Below, in pieces: positions 35,954 to 47,678 of a DNA stretch of 64,000 bases; position 1 is the first letter of the stretch; each line of letters starts with the position of its first letter. The notes beneath the pieces are model-generated. The model searched no databases. It was given only the letters and a program-made list of their open reading frames with translations, and was not told the origin of the DNA. Origin of the DNA: Mobula hypostoma (lineage: Eukaryota); the NCBI RefSeq assembly GCF_963921235.1, contig NC_086108.1, positions 40,364,001-40,428,000 on the forward strand, read 5' to 3'. The position numbers and the translations under genes are program-made.

Positions 35954-38900
35954 AGTGAAGACTTAAGGGCTTCGGCTCACCGGGCTTAGGCGGAAGCGGG
36001 CGAGGCGAGGAAGGTTTGACATTCATTTTCTGTTGCTATTTGAGGAGAGGGGCATTATGACTGTGAGGGCAGTTTGCTGTTCTCGGTGTCGGATGTGGGA
36101 GGCCCTGGAGTCTCCAAGCCTCCCGGACGTCTACATCTGCGCCAAGTGCATCGAGATGCAGCTCCTAAGGGACCGCGTTACGGAACTGGAGCTGCAGCTC
36201 GATGACCTTCGTCTGGTCAGGGAGAGCGAGGAGGTGATAGAGAGGAGTGGAAGGCAGGCGGTCACGCTAGGGCCACGGGAGGCAGACAAGTGGGTCACGG
36301 TTAGGAGGGGGAAGGGGAAAAGTCAGGTGATGGGGAGTACCCCGGTGGCTGTGCCCCTTAACAACAAGTACTCCTGTTTGAGTACTGTTGGGGGGGACAG
36401 CTTACCCGGGGGAAGCGACAGTGGCCGTGCCTCCGGCACAGAGTCTGGCCCTGTAGCTCAGAAGGGTAGGGCAAGGAAGAGGAGGGCAGTTGTGATAGGG
36501 GACTCGATAGTAAGGGGGTCAGATAGGCGATTCTGTGGACGCAGTCCAGAGACCCGGATGGTAGTTTGCCTCCCTGGTGCCAGGGTCCGGGATATTTCTG
36601 ATCGTGTCCAAGATATCCTGAAGTGGGAGGGTGAGGAGCCAGAGGTCGTGGTACATATAGGTACCAATGACATAGGTAGGAAAAGGGATGAGGTCCTGAA
36701 AGGAGAATATAGGGAGCTAGGAAGGGAGTTGAGAAAAAGGACTGCAAAGGTAGTAATCTCGGGATTTCTGCCTGTGCCACGCGACAGTGAGAGTAGGAAT
36801 GCGATGAGGTGGAGGATAAATGCGTGGCTGAGGGATTGGAGCAGGGGGCAGGGATTCAAGTTTTTGGATCATTGGGACCTCTTTTGGCGCAGGCGTGACC
36901 TGTACAAAAAGGACGGGTTACACTTGAATCCTAGGGGGACCAATATCCTGGCAGGGAGATTAGCGGGGGCTACTGAGGTGACTTTAAACTAGAATGGTTG
37001 GGGGGTGGGAATCAAATTAAAGAGGCTAGGCGTGAGGAGGTTAGTTCACAACAGAGGGATGGGAACCAGTGCAGAGAGACAGAGGGGTGTAAAGTGAGCG
37101 TAGAAGCAAAAAGTACAAAGGAGAAAAGTAAAAGTGGCAGGCCGACAAATCCAGGGCAAGCATTAAAAAGGGCCACTTTCAACATAATTGTACAAGGGCT
37201 AAGAGAGTTGTAAAAGAGCGCCTGAAGGCTTTATGTGTCAATGCAAGGAGCATTCGTAATAAGGTGGATGAATTGAAAGTGCAGATTGTTATTAATGATT
37301 ATGATATAGTTGGGATCACAGAGACATGGCTCCAGGGTGACCAGGGATGGGAGCTCAACGTTCAGGGATATTCAATATTCAGGAGGGATAGACATGAAGG
37401 AAGGGGAGGTGGCGTGGCGTTGCTGGTTAAAAAAGAGATTAACGCAATAGAAAGGAAGGACATAAGCCGGGAAGATGTGGAATCGATATGGGTAGAGCTG
37501 CGTAACACTAAGGGGCAGAAGACGCTGGTGGGAGTTGTGTACAGGCCACCTAACAGTAGTAGTGAGGTCGGAGATGGTATTAAACAGGAAATTAGAAATG
37601 TGTGCAATAAAGGAACAGCAGTTATAATGGGTGACTTCAATCTACATGTAGACTGGGTGAACCAAATTGGTAAAGGTGCTGAGGAAGAGGATTTCTTGGA
37701 ATGTATGCGGGATGGTTTTTTGAACCAACATGTCGAGGAACCAACTAGAGAGCAGGCTATTCTGGACTGGGTTTTGAGCAATGAGGAAGGGTTAATTAGC
37801 GATCTCGTCGTGAGAGGCCCCTTGGGTAAGAGTGACCATAATATGGTGGAATTCTTCATTAACATGGAGAGTGACATAGTTAATTCAGAAACAAAGGTTC
37901 TGAACTTAAAGAGGGGTAACTTTGAAGGTATGAGACGTGAATTAGCTAAGATAGACTGGCAAATGACACTTAAAGGATTGACGGTGGATATGCAATGGCA
38001 AGCATTTAAAGGTTGCATGGATGAACTACAACAATTGTTCATCCCAGTTTGGCAAAAGAATAAATCAAGGAAGGTAGTGCACCCGTGGCTGACAAGAGAA
38101 ATTAGGGATAGTATCAATTCCAAAGAAGTAGCATACAAATTAGCCAGAGAAAGTGGCTCACCTGAGGACTGGGAGAAATTCAGAGTTCAGCAGAGGAGAA
38201 CAAAGGGCTTAATTAGGAAGGGGAAAAAAGATTTTGAGAGAAAACTGGCAGAGAACATAAAAACGGACTGTAAAAGCTTTTATAGATATGTAAAACGGAA
38301 AAGACTGGTAAAGACAAATGTAGGTCCCCTGCAGACAGAAACAGGTGAATTGATTATGGGGAGCAAGAACATGGCAGACCAATTGAATAATTACTTTGGT
38401 TCTGTCTTCACTAAGGAGGACATAAATAATCTTCCAGAAATAGTAAGGGACAGAGGGTCCAGTGAGATGGAGGAACTGAGTGAAATACATGTTAGTAGGG
38501 AAGTGGTGTTAGGTAAATTGAAGGGATTGAAGGCAGATAAATCCCCAGGGCCAGATGGTCTGCATCCTAGAGTGCTTAAGGAAGTAGCCCAAGAAATAGT
38601 GAATGCATTAGTGATAATTTTTCAAAACTCGTTAGATTCTGGACTAGTTCCTGAGGATTGGAGGGTGGCTAATGTAACCCCACTTTTTAAAAAAGGAGGG
38701 AGAGAGAAACCGGGGAATTATAGGCCAGTTAGCCTAACGTCGGTGGTGGGGAAACTGCTGGAGTCAGTTATCAAGGATGTGATAACAGCACATTTGGAAA
38801 GCGGTGAAATGATCGGACAAAGTCAACATGGATTTGTGAAAGGAAAATCATGTCTGATGAATCTCATAGAATTTTTTGAGGGTGTAACTAGTAGAGTGGA

Positions 38901-40122
38901 TAGGGGAGAACCAGTGGATGTGGTATATTTGGATTTTCAAAAGGCTTTTGACAAGGTCCCACACAGGAGATTAATGTGCAAACTTAAAGCACACGGTATT
39001 GGGGGTAAGGTATTGGTGTGGGTGGAGAATTGGTTAGCAGACAGGAAGCAAAGAGTGGGAATAAACGGGACCTTTTCAGAATGGCAGGCGGTAACTAGTG
39101 GGGTACCGCAATGCTCAGTGCTGGGACCCCAGTTGTTTACAATATATATTAATGACTTGGATGAGGGAATTAAATGCAGCATCTCCAAGTTTGCGGATGA
39201 CACGAAGCTGGGTGGCAGTGTTAGCAGTGAGGAGGATGCTAAGAGGATGCAGGGTGACTTGGATAGGTTGGGTGAGTGGGCAAACTCATGGCAGATGCAA
39301 TTTAATGTGGATAAATGTGAAGTTATCCACTTTGGTGGCAAAAATAGGAAAACAGATTATTATCTGAATGGTGGCCGATTAGGAAAAGGGGAGGTGCAAC
39401 GAGACCTGGGTGTCATTATACACCAGTCATTGAAAGTGGGCATGCAGGTACAGCAGGCGGTGAAAAAGGCAAACGGTATGCTGGCATTTATAGCCAGAGG
39501 ATTCGAGTACAGGAGCAGGGAGGTACTACTGCAGTTGTACAAGGCCTTGGTGAGACCACACCTGGAGTATTGTGTGCAGTTTTGGTCCCCTAATCTGAGG
39601 AAAGACATCTTTGTCATAGAGGGAGTACAAAGAAGGTTCACCAGATTGATTCCTGGGATGGCAGGTCTTTCATATGAAGAAAGACTGGATGAACTGGGCT
39701 TGTACTCGTTGGAATTTAGAAGATTGAGGGGGGATCTGATTGAAACGTATAAGATCCTAAAGGGATTGGACAGGCTAGATGCGGGAAGATTGTTCCCGAT
39801 GTTGGGGAGGTCCAGAACGAGGGGTCACAGTTTGAGGATAGAGGGGAAGCCTTTTAGGACCGAGATTAGGAAAAACTTCTTCACACAGAGAGTGGTGAAT
39901 CTGTGGAATTCTCTGCCACAGCAAACTGTTGAGGCCAGTTCATTGGCTATGTTTAAGAGGGAGTTAGATCATGTAGCTTGTTGCTACAGGGGTCAGGGGG
40001 TATGGAGGGAAGGCTGGGTTCTGAGTTGGATGATCAGCCATGATCATAATAAATGGCGGTGCAGGCTCGAAGGGCTGAATCGCCTACTCCTGCACCTATT
40101 TTCTATGTTTCTATGTTTCTAT
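35954..40122 (+). mobile_element. Near full-length young CR1 LINE
   Basis: Short GC-rich 5' UTR, ORF1, APE-RT ORF2 and a (TTTCTATG)n tail at about 40100-40122. It splits an older short repeat (..ACTTCCAGTATT | ATGGTTTTGCTTCAAGCTTCCAGCATC..). Confidence 0.96.
36057..36992 (+). CDS. CR1 ORF1p: N-terminal Cys-rich finger and coiled coil, followed by an SGNH/GDSL esterase domain
   Basis: First ATG at 36057. CSRC...CAKC, heptad Leu run, then GDS (VIGDSIVR), HIGTND and DGLHLN esterase blocks. Frame intact. Confidence 0.93.
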   Translation: MTVRAVCCSRCRMWEALESPSLPDVYICAKCIEMQLLRDRVTELELQLDDLRLVRESEEVIERSGRQAVTLGPREADKWVTVRRGKGKSQVMGSTPVAVPLNNKYSCLSTVGGDSLPGGSDSGRASGTESGPVAQKGRARKRRAVVIGDSIVRGSDRRFCGRSPETRMVVCLPGARVRDISDRVQDILKWEGEEPEVVVHIGTNDIGRKRDEVLKGEYRELGRELRKRTAKVVISGFLPVPRDSESRNAMRWRINAWLRDWSRGQGFKFLDHWDLFWRRRDLYKKDGLHLNPRGTNILAGRLAGATEVTLN

Positions 40123-40191
40123 ATGGTTTTGCTTCAAGCTTCCAGCATCAACAGTTTTTTGCTCCAATTAAGTTTACCACTACTCATCTAA
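37222..40191 (+). CDS. CR1 ORF2p (APE endonuclease and reverse transcriptase), probably mildly defective
   Basis: LKALCVNARSIRNK, GITETW, VYRPP, MGDFN, SDH; RT motifs YRPVSLTS, LDFQKAFD, FADDT. GVPQCS replaces the conserved GVPQGS, and indels near 39970-40020 cause read-through past the normal end. Confidence 0.92.
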   Translation: MKALCVNARSIRNKVDELKVQIVINDYDIVGITETWLQGDQGWELNVQGYSIFRRDRHEGRGGGVALLVKKEINAIERKDISREDVESIWVELRNTKGQKTLVGVVYRPPNSSSEVGDGIKQEIRNVCNKGTAVIMGDFNLHVDWVNQIGKGAEEEDFLECMRDGFLNQHVEEPTREQAILDWVLSNEEGLISDLVVRGPLGKSDHNMVEFFINMESDIVNSETKVLNLKRGNFEGMRRELAKIDWQMTLKGLTVDMQWQAFKGCMDELQQLFIPVWQKNKSRKVVHPWLTREIRDSINSKEVAYKLARESGSPEDWEKFRVQQRRTKGLIRKGKKDFERKLAENIKTDCKSFYRYVKRKRLVKTNVGPLQTETGELIMGSKNMADQLNNYFGSVFTKEDINNLPEIVRDRGSSEMEELSEIHVSREVVLGKLKGLKADKSPGPDGLHPRVLKEVAQEIVNALVIIFQNSLDSGLVPEDWRVANVTPLFKKGGREKPGNYRPVSLTSVVGKLLESVIKDVITAHLESGEMIGQSQHGFVKGKSCLMNLIEFFEGVTSRVDRGEPVDVVYLDFQKAFDKVPHRRLMCKLKAHGIGGKVLVWVENWLADRKQRVGINGTFSEWQAVTSGVPQCSVLGPQLFTIYINDLDEGIKCSISKFADDTKLGGSVSSEEDAKRMQGDLDRLGEWANSWQMQFNVDKCEVIHFGGKNRKTDYYLNGGRLGKGEVQRDLGVIIHQSLKVGMQVQQAVKKANGMLAFIARGFEYRSREVLLQLYKALVRPHLEYCVQFWSPNLRKDIFVIEGVQRRFTRLIPGMAGLSYEERLDELGLYSLEFRRLRGDLIETYKILKGLDRLDAGRLFPMLGRSRTRGHSLRIEGKPFRTEIRKNFFTQRVVNLWNSLPQQTVEASSLAMFKRELDHVACCYRGQGVWREGWVLSWMISHDHNKWRCRLEGLNRLLLHLFSMFLCFYMVLLQASSINSFLLQLSLPLLI

Positions 40192-40613
40192 TAAGTTATC
40201 CAGGTTCCTTTGTCTGCCTCCTTGCCTTAAGTTTATTCCAGCTGTGCCATTTCACAAAATGCTAATGTAAAGAGCAATAGTAAGAATCATCCATTTGAAG
40301 GCCTTATCTTATACATCTAAATCAAGTGAGGTAATATGCCAAATTTCAAATCTTAAACTTGCAGCTTCTGTCTAATCTTTTCACTTCAGTATTTCTTTAT
40401 ATGAATGGCAAACATTCCATCTTGATAAAAGGACATGAGCAGACCAGCTGTTATCACATGGACAACTTAATATTTAAGAAGAACAAGGCCAAAATGTGTC
40501 CTGGGCTTCCTCACTAGGACACTGCATCATGTCCTCACTGCATACAAACTGTTCTGTTAGAGCATTCCTCTTGCTCTGTGCGTAGCTTTAACAGGGAGAG
40601 CAAGCTGGATCTG

Positions 40614-41193
40614 CAAGGCCTTGGTGAGACCACACCTGGAGTATTGTGTGCAGTTTTGGTCCCCTAATCTGAGGAAAAACATTCTTGCCATGGAGGGAGT
40701 ACAAAGAAGGTTCGCCAGATTGATTCCTGGGATGGCAGGACTTTCATATGATGAAAGACTGGATCAACTAGGCTTATCCTCGTTGGAATTTAGAAGTTTG
40801 AGGGGGGATCTTATTGAAACGTATAAAATCCTAAAGGGATTGGACAGGCTAGATGCAGGAAGATTGTTCCTGATGTTGAGGAAGTCAAGAACGAGGGGTC
40901 ACAGTCTGAGGATAAAGGGGAAGCCTTTTAGGACCGAGATTAGGAAAAACTTCTTCACACAGAGAGTGGTGAATCTGTGGAGTTCTCTGCCACAGGAAAC
41001 AGTTAAGGCCAGTTCATTGGCTATATTTAAGAGAGAGTTAGATATGGCCCTTGTGGCTAAAGGGATCTGGGGTATGGAGGGAAGGCTAGTACAGGGTTCT
41101 GAGTTGGATGATCAGCCATGATCATACTGAATGGCGGTGCAGGCTTGAAGGGCTGAATGTTCTACTCCTGCACCTATTTTCTATGTTTCTATG
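40614..41193 (+). mobile_element. 5'-truncated CR1 copy (ORF2 C-terminus and 3' UTR)
   Basis: LVRPHLEYCVQFWSP...FFTQRVVNLW, nearly the same as the adjacent CR1; ends TTTTCTATGTTTCTATG. Confidence 0.95.
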
Positions 41194-41585
41194 CAGCCTT
41201 CATCTTTCCAAGTGATGGAGGTTGCACGTTTGGGAGAGGCTGCTGAAGAGGCCTAGTAGCTTGTTATTCTGCGATCACATAGATAACAGGGAACAGTTGT
41301 TTAAGCAGGTGCTTGGGGCTTTCACCACTAGTTCATGGGTGCAATCTAGCGATCTTCAATTGTTTGCTTCTTTAGTGCTTTCTGACTTGTAATAGATCAA
41401 AGATACAAATTTTGCATGTAAACTGTAATTCACAGATATCAAAGTTACTCTTAATGAAATGTATAAGAAATATCCAGCAAAATTATGCAATTCAGAGTTA
41501 TCATGTTAACATTGTCCTATAATTAATTATACATTTTCCTTCAGTAATCCATTCTTGTGAGTGATTGTAGAATTTTATATTGCAG

Positions 41586-41694
41586 ACAATGAAAAGGCAT
41601 TGATTGGATTCCTGGCATTTCTGATCATTGCTACAACAATAGCTCTGGCCATTGTACTCTACAAAATATACATTTTGCAGAGGAAATCTTCAAG
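41586..41694 (+). CDS. PTPRC: CD45 transmembrane exon ([37 protein letters not shown])
   Basis: ttgcag acceptor; AG|gtacct donor; 109 nt; very close to the human CD45 TM segment [28 protein letters not shown]. Confidence 0.97.
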
Positions 41695-42429
41695 GTACCT
41701 GAGTTAAAATGGTTTGTCTCACACCTCATATTTTCTGCAGCACGGAACTGTATTGTAAAATATTGAAAACAGAAAGCAAGAAAAAATGGTAGAAACATTA
41801 GAAAGGAAACCATATTTTCTGTAAATTGACTAAAGTTTCTGGAAGCAACTTCATTGTTTCTGAATGTGTTATTTATTAATTTATTGTGGATTATACCAAT
41901 TGACTTCCAGCTATTGTTGCTTGTTTCCTCCTTGTACCATTACACTTAATTCTTCAGTCAATTCTCTCTAATGAATTTCCCACCACAGTATGTAATATTA
42001 CTGAAAGGCTGCTTGGGATCATAGTATCTATCATCAGATCAAAATCCATTCTGTGTTTGTTTCTCTTTATCTGAGGTGATACCAGTTAACATTCAGCATA
42101 GTTTATTCATTGATAAGCCCATTGAACACAGTGATGGGTATAGGGCATGCAACTGCCTGGTTAATGGGAATTTTTTTCTGCAGTGGATGAGTGATAACTG
42201 GATTTCATACTTGTGAATTCGATTGACTCCGCTCTCTGAGAGAATCCTCAGATGTATATTCCTTGGGCAAATATATTGTTTTTTATTTATACTTTCAAAC
42301 CAATCATAGATTGGTACTGCTGTAGATTTTAAGGCAAAAATAGCTTTGAGCAAAAGGATTTCTTTTAGAATGGCATGGCTAATGAAGGGAGGAATGGTGT
42401 TCTTTTCCTCCCAGTTTCAGACAACTTAG

Positions 42430-43265
42430 TACATAGAACTGTGCAATACAGGATCAGGCCCTCAGCCCACAATGCTACGCTGATCTAGTCAAACTAGTAA
42501 TTAGACACCTAACTACACTAATTCCTTCTACCTACACAATGTCCATATCTCACCATTCCCTGCACATGCATGCGCCCATCTAAGAGGCACATGAACACTT
42601 CTATCGTATTTACCTCCACTACCAACCCTCGCAGCAAATTCCAGGCACCAACCCACCAGTCGTTGTGTAAAAGAAAAATTTGGCCCACACATCTCCTGTC
42701 ACCTTCGATGCCTGACCTTCAGTATTAGGCATTTGACCTGGGTATAGGAAACCAGCTGTCTACTCTATTTTGCCTCATATAATCTTACAATGTTCTATGA
42801 GGTCTCCCCCTCAGCCCTCGCCATTGCATAGTAAATAGCCCAAGTTTGTCCAACCTCTCCTTGTAGCACACACACTCCAATCCAGGCAGCATCCTGATAA
42901 ACGGCTTCTGCACTCTCTGGAGCACCCACAATCTTCCTGCAGTGGAACAACCAAATTAAAAGCAGTACTCCAGATGCTGTCTAACTGGAGTTTTATAAAG
43001 CTACACCATAGCCTCCTGACTCTTGAACTCAGTACCTCAACGAATAAGGACCATTAGTTCACACCACGTGCCTTCTTGAACATCCTGTCAACCTTGCAAC
43101 TACTTTGAGGAAGTTATGAACAAAATCTCTCTGTACATCAACACTGTTAAGGATTTTGCCATTAATGGTGTGCTATCCTTTATAATTTGCACACGTGTTT
43201 TTCACTATCCTTTTACATTTGTTCTCCCAAAGTGCAACACCTCCCATCTGACCCGATTAAATCCA
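42430..43265 (-). mobile_element. Old degenerate CR1-type 3' fragment
   Basis: Reverse-complement similarity to the CR1 ORF2 C-terminus and 3' UTR (e.g. CAAGTTTGTCCAACCTCTCC, AGTACTCCAGATG). Confidence 0.6.
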
Positions 43266-44031
43266 AACTTATTTAAAATAGGAAAAGCATATAATTTTAA
43301 TTAGTAAAAGAAAAAACAAATTGGAGTGAATGCCACTAATGCAAAGTAATGATTTTATGGGAGAATTGTACTTCTTTATGGCAGGAACCCACTGTAATAT
43401 GGCAAAGTATTATTTTAATAATTTCTCAGGGCGATGTTTGTATTTTTGTTCAAGTGAGTGATAACTCTGGTGTGGGGTTAACTGCTTTCCAACACTTTAC
43501 ACATGTTCTCAGCACTAAAACAATGAGATATGTAACCCTCCTGCCATTTCTGCTTCAGAAATCCTATGTTGTGCCATTTTCTTTCACACATTCACTCATC
43601 AGCCAGTCAAGTAATTATTATCTCATGAAGACTTGCTTGCTTCACCTGAGAGAGTACCCAAAATAATCTTTCTGAGCAACACCCATAAAATGTTGAAAGA
43701 ACTCAGCAAATCTGTCAGTATATATGGAGAAGAATAAACAGCTGATGCTTTGGGCTAAGACCCTTCATCAGGACATCTGAACTGAAGTATTTCTTTTACA
43801 AGTTTAGTCTGAAGGGAAATGTAAGTCAAATTACCCAGTTTTCTTTGATCCTCTTATTCTTATGAGCAAATTCTCCACTTTACCTCAATTTAACCAAATA
43901 CATTGTCAGCAGATAAATATCAGAAAATTCAATGAAGTAATATTGCTCTTGTGTTTATCTGAATACTTGAGTAAATGCAAGTGAATATATGAAAATCCTA
44001 TCCAAAGATTTCTCACAATTAATAGTATAGT

Positions 44032-44209
44032 CACTGTTCTCTCTAAGCTGCACAGGTGCATGGCTGCGCATTAACTGAAATGCACCTGCACACATAGCCT
44101 TTGTTGCCACGCAGCAGGAATTTTCTTTCACATAATGCTTTATTAAAGCTCTGCACAGTTTTCAGGCATGGTCCAAGCAAATGTTAAAAAGAAATTAGAG
44201 GGAAAGTTG
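44032..44209. mobile_element. Possible old hAT-like MITE
   Basis: Imperfect TIRs CACTGTTCTCTCTAA / TTAGAGGGAAAGTTG; flanking 8-mers match only 5/8. Confidence 0.35.
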
Positions 44210-44317
44210 ATCATAATGTTAATTATAAATACTGATAACACTAACTAATAGTACATTCTTTTTGATGTGGTAGTGCTATTTAACATGTTTTTTTTTCTTG
44301 CTCTATCCTGATTATAG

Positions 44318-44352
44318 ACATCCTGAAGAATCCGTGGAACTTATTGGACATG
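44318..44352 (+). CDS. PTPRC: CD45 35-nt cytoplasmic juxtamembrane exon (HPEESVELIGHD)
   Basis: ttatag acceptor; G|gtcagt donor; phase 2-1, fits both neighbours. Confidence 0.92.
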
Positions 44353-44462
44353 GTCAGTAACCAGCTTTACCCCTTTATTTTTACGTGTTGAGCATTTGGT
44401 CTAAACCTTGTCTCAGGGAATATTTCATATAATTAATATCCAATGTTGACCACTCCTTACAG

Positions 44463-44572
44463 ATGATGAAAAACAGCTGCTCAATGTGGAACCCATACTT
44501 GCTGAACAACTGATTGATGTCTATAGGAGAAAGCAGGCCGATGAATCCAGATTATTTTTAGCAGAATTCCAG
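44463..44572 (+). CDS. PTPRC: CD45 wedge-region exon ([36 protein letters not shown])
   Basis: ttacag acceptor; CAG|gtaatt donor; 110 nt; matches human DEKQLMNVEPI...[16 protein letters not shown]. Confidence 0.97.
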
Positions 44573-44774
44573 GTAATTGGTGAATCATCACATTCCTAAG
44601 TTCCTGTCCACTCGAAGACAAAGGCAATGATGGTTAATGTATTAAAGGGGAGGATAATGACACTGAAGTGTACCACTCATTTGCAGTGACAGATGAGCCA
44701 GAATAGGGTGTGGGTGCTCAGCTGTTTGCTGAGAATGAATTTGAAAGTGCAGGCAACACCTAAAGAAGAATCCT

Positions 44775-45515
44775 CTCAAGTTCATGTTTAATTGTCATTC
44801 AACCATACACATGAATATAGCCAAAGGAAATGGTGTTCCTCTGGGGTCAAGGTACAAAACACAGTACCAACAGTCACACACAGCACGAGGCACATATAGC
44901 ACATACAATAATGATAGAAATAAAAGATAGTCACAATAATAATTATAATTGTAATAATATAGACCAAGTCCCTGAGTGTCGTGGGAATGATGTTCTGGAG
45001 CCACGTTTTCTGCAAGAATAAGCAGCAGTTCCTCATGTTGCACTAGTGTATCCACAAAGAACACAATCCAGCTTGTCTTCCATCGAACAATCACCGGGGG
45101 GGTAGCACAAATGGGAGGGGCCAACAGACCCAGCCCCCAAACCCAGCACAGCCGCCCGCCACGCCATGCCACCTCTGTGTCTGCTTCTCCGGGCAAATGC
45201 AACTGGAACTGGTGACCCTGCAGCATGTGAGCCTGGTCCGTGCAACAACTGAGGCCACGCATCTCCCTCCCACCCCCCCACACAAGAAAAATGGCAAAGG
45301 CATTCATTTGCGCTGGTTGTTGGACCATGCACCAGCTTTGACATCTTCCCCCTTGGGTGGTGGTGGCAGTAGCAAGCAGCAATGTAGTATACAAAAAATC
45401 CAGCTCCACATCTATTGAGCAAAGTTTCTGATGGGGTAGACCTCCAGTACTTGATGTTCTTAATACCCAACATTGTCTTCTGATCATAGAAATGACATAA
45501 TGGTTGAACAATTAT
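44775..45515 (-). mobile_element. Degenerate retroposon-like insertion with a LINE-type 3' tail
   Basis: The minus strand ends GAATGACAATTAAACATGAACTTGA; GC-rich body in AT-rich surroundings; no credible ORF. Confidence 0.45.
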
Positions 45516-46609
45516 TGCTTTGGGCCCAGAGAGGTTGCTGCGATCAAGCGCGCTGTCATTTTACTGGGCGATTGTAGCACCTAGATGCACCAAATTATTG
45601 TTGAAAAGCGGAAAAAGTAATTTGCCTACTAAACATAAAAGGGTAAAAATTCGCCCTGTATCATTACTGTTAAATATGTAAAGTTGCAGCTGTTATGAAT
45701 TGTATACCTCTTTTGAAATTCAGTTCCATTGACTTCTATGGAACTAGGGATGGGCAATAAATGCTGGCTTAGTTGGTGATGCCCACATCCCATAAGTGAA
45801 TAAATTTTTTTAAATCCCTCAAAAGTAGAGAACAATTCAGAATTCCCAAAGGTGATGTGCACCAATGATTAAGGATAAATCTTTTCGCAATGTATTTAAT
45901 TGAGGTTTGTAAGATGAATAAATATGAGCTGAATTATCAAGGAGAATGCACAATATGGAGCATGGAATGCATGGTGCTCCATAAAGATCTATGGAGATCT
46001 TTAGCATCTACAGAGGGTAAAGTAAATCTCATTTTACCATTTAACTGCTGGTCTTACCACCTCAGGTGACCTCTATATTAATAACACCTGAATCACAGAC
46101 TAACTGCTGATTCAGTATTGGTGAAGCACCTCAGTATATTCTGCTTCATGCACAAAATGTGATGAATGTGCTTGTTATGTTGAGTCATTTGCATGTTTGG
46201 TTATTTATGTGTCCTCGTCCAACTACCCAAAGCCAGTGGTATAAAAAGCAGACGGGACCTTAAAGTACAAGCGATTCATTCCACCACCCTGGCTGCAGCA
46301 GTGAAAATTAGAATCATAAGACTGTACAGTAAAGAAAAGAACCTTGATAGTCCACCATGAACATTTTGACCATGATGCCTACCTAAGCAAATCCTATTTG
46401 TTTGCATTTGGCTTATATCCCTTTATGCTTTTCCACTCTAAGTGTCTGTCCAAGTACCTTGTAAACATTTGTATCTTCCTCTGGAGAATGATTCCAGATA
46501 TTTAGCAACCTCTGTGTATAAAATGTACCATCCAGATCTCCCTTAAAGTTCTCACCTTTTCCTTAAACCTGTGCTTTCTAGTTTTATACATGCTTACCCT
46601 GGTAAAGAC

Positions 46610-46880
46610 CTGGCTGGTGGCATAGTGGCATCAGTGCTGGTCTGCGGGGCGGGAGGTCCCGAGTTCGAATCCAGCTGGCTTCCCTGCATGCTTTTCATCC
46701 ATGGTGGGTTAAGAGCTGGTGATCTCTTTGAGGAAAAAAAAACACCCGGTAGAAGGCAATGGCAATGGCAAACCACTACTGTAACTTTCCTCATATGCGA
46801 TTTCCCACTACGTCAAGAGCGGCATGGGAGGAAGTCATCCGTTAACTGGAGTAATTCCGGATGCAACGTACCTTTCCTTT
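46610..46880 (+). mobile_element. tRNA-derived SINE with an RTE-like segment
   Basis: Pol III A box TGGCATAGTGG (46618) and B box GAGTTCGAATCC (46661); AGAAGGCAATGGC..AAACCACT segment; CCTTT tail; TSD TTACCCTGGTAAAGAC / TTACCCTGGCAAAAAGAC. Confidence 0.85.
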
Positions 46881-47678
46881 TTACCCTGGCAAAAAGACTC
46901 TCTATCTACCCTATCCATTTCTCTCATAATTTTATAAACCTCAGTAAGGTCACCCCTTCTGTCTTCTCTGTTCCAGTGAGAATAAACCAGTCTATCCAGT
47001 CTCCCTTTATAAATACAGCAGTCCATTCTAGTCAACATCCTGAAGAATCTCGCCTGCACTCTTTCAATTGCCATCACAACCTTCTGCTAGTGCGGCAACC
47101 AGAACTGTACACAGTAATTCAAAAGCAGCCTTAGTAGCCTCAACATGACAGCCCGACTCGTAAGCACAGTGCCCTGCCCATGAAGGAAAGCATCCCATTT
47201 CCTCCTCAAGCTTTCTGAATTTCCCTATCCAACTTTGTCAACATTTTCAGTGAGTTCCCAAATTCGCTCTGTACACCAATGTTCCTGGTCCTTTCCATTT
47301 ACTCTGTATGCTCTACCAGAATGTACTGTACTTTCACAAAGTGTGTCACACTTGCCTGCATTAAGTTCCATCTGCCACCACACTGCCCAACTTTCTAGCT
47401 GATCTATGTCCACTGTATGTTTAGACAATCTTAAGACCAGAAGACAGAGCAGAATTAGGATATTTGGCCCATCAACTCTGCTCCACTATTCCATCATGGC
47501 TGATTTATTATCCATCTCAACCCAGTTATTCTGTCTTCTCCCTGTAACCTTTGATGCCCCTACTAATCAAGAACCTATCAACCTCCACTTTCTTCCTCAT
47601 CTCTGTTCTAATGAGGCATACTTCTATTCTGAGGCTGTGCCCTCTGGTCTTAGACTCCCACATCCATTCTATCTAGGC

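Noticed and set aside
35998..36010. CR1 5' UTR contains GGGCGAGGCGAGG, as in the satellite
   Set aside because: Only 13 low-complexity nucleotides, too little to infer that the satellite derives from CR1.
36358..39641. Antisense ORFs over the CR1 (also 59791-60906 on the + strand)
   Set aside because: Shadow frames of LINE coding sequence with no independent motifs.
46610..46680. Possible tRNA gene
   Set aside because: A and B boxes are present, but the sequence continues into a SINE body with a tail and TSD, and no convincing cloverleaf or terminator was seen.
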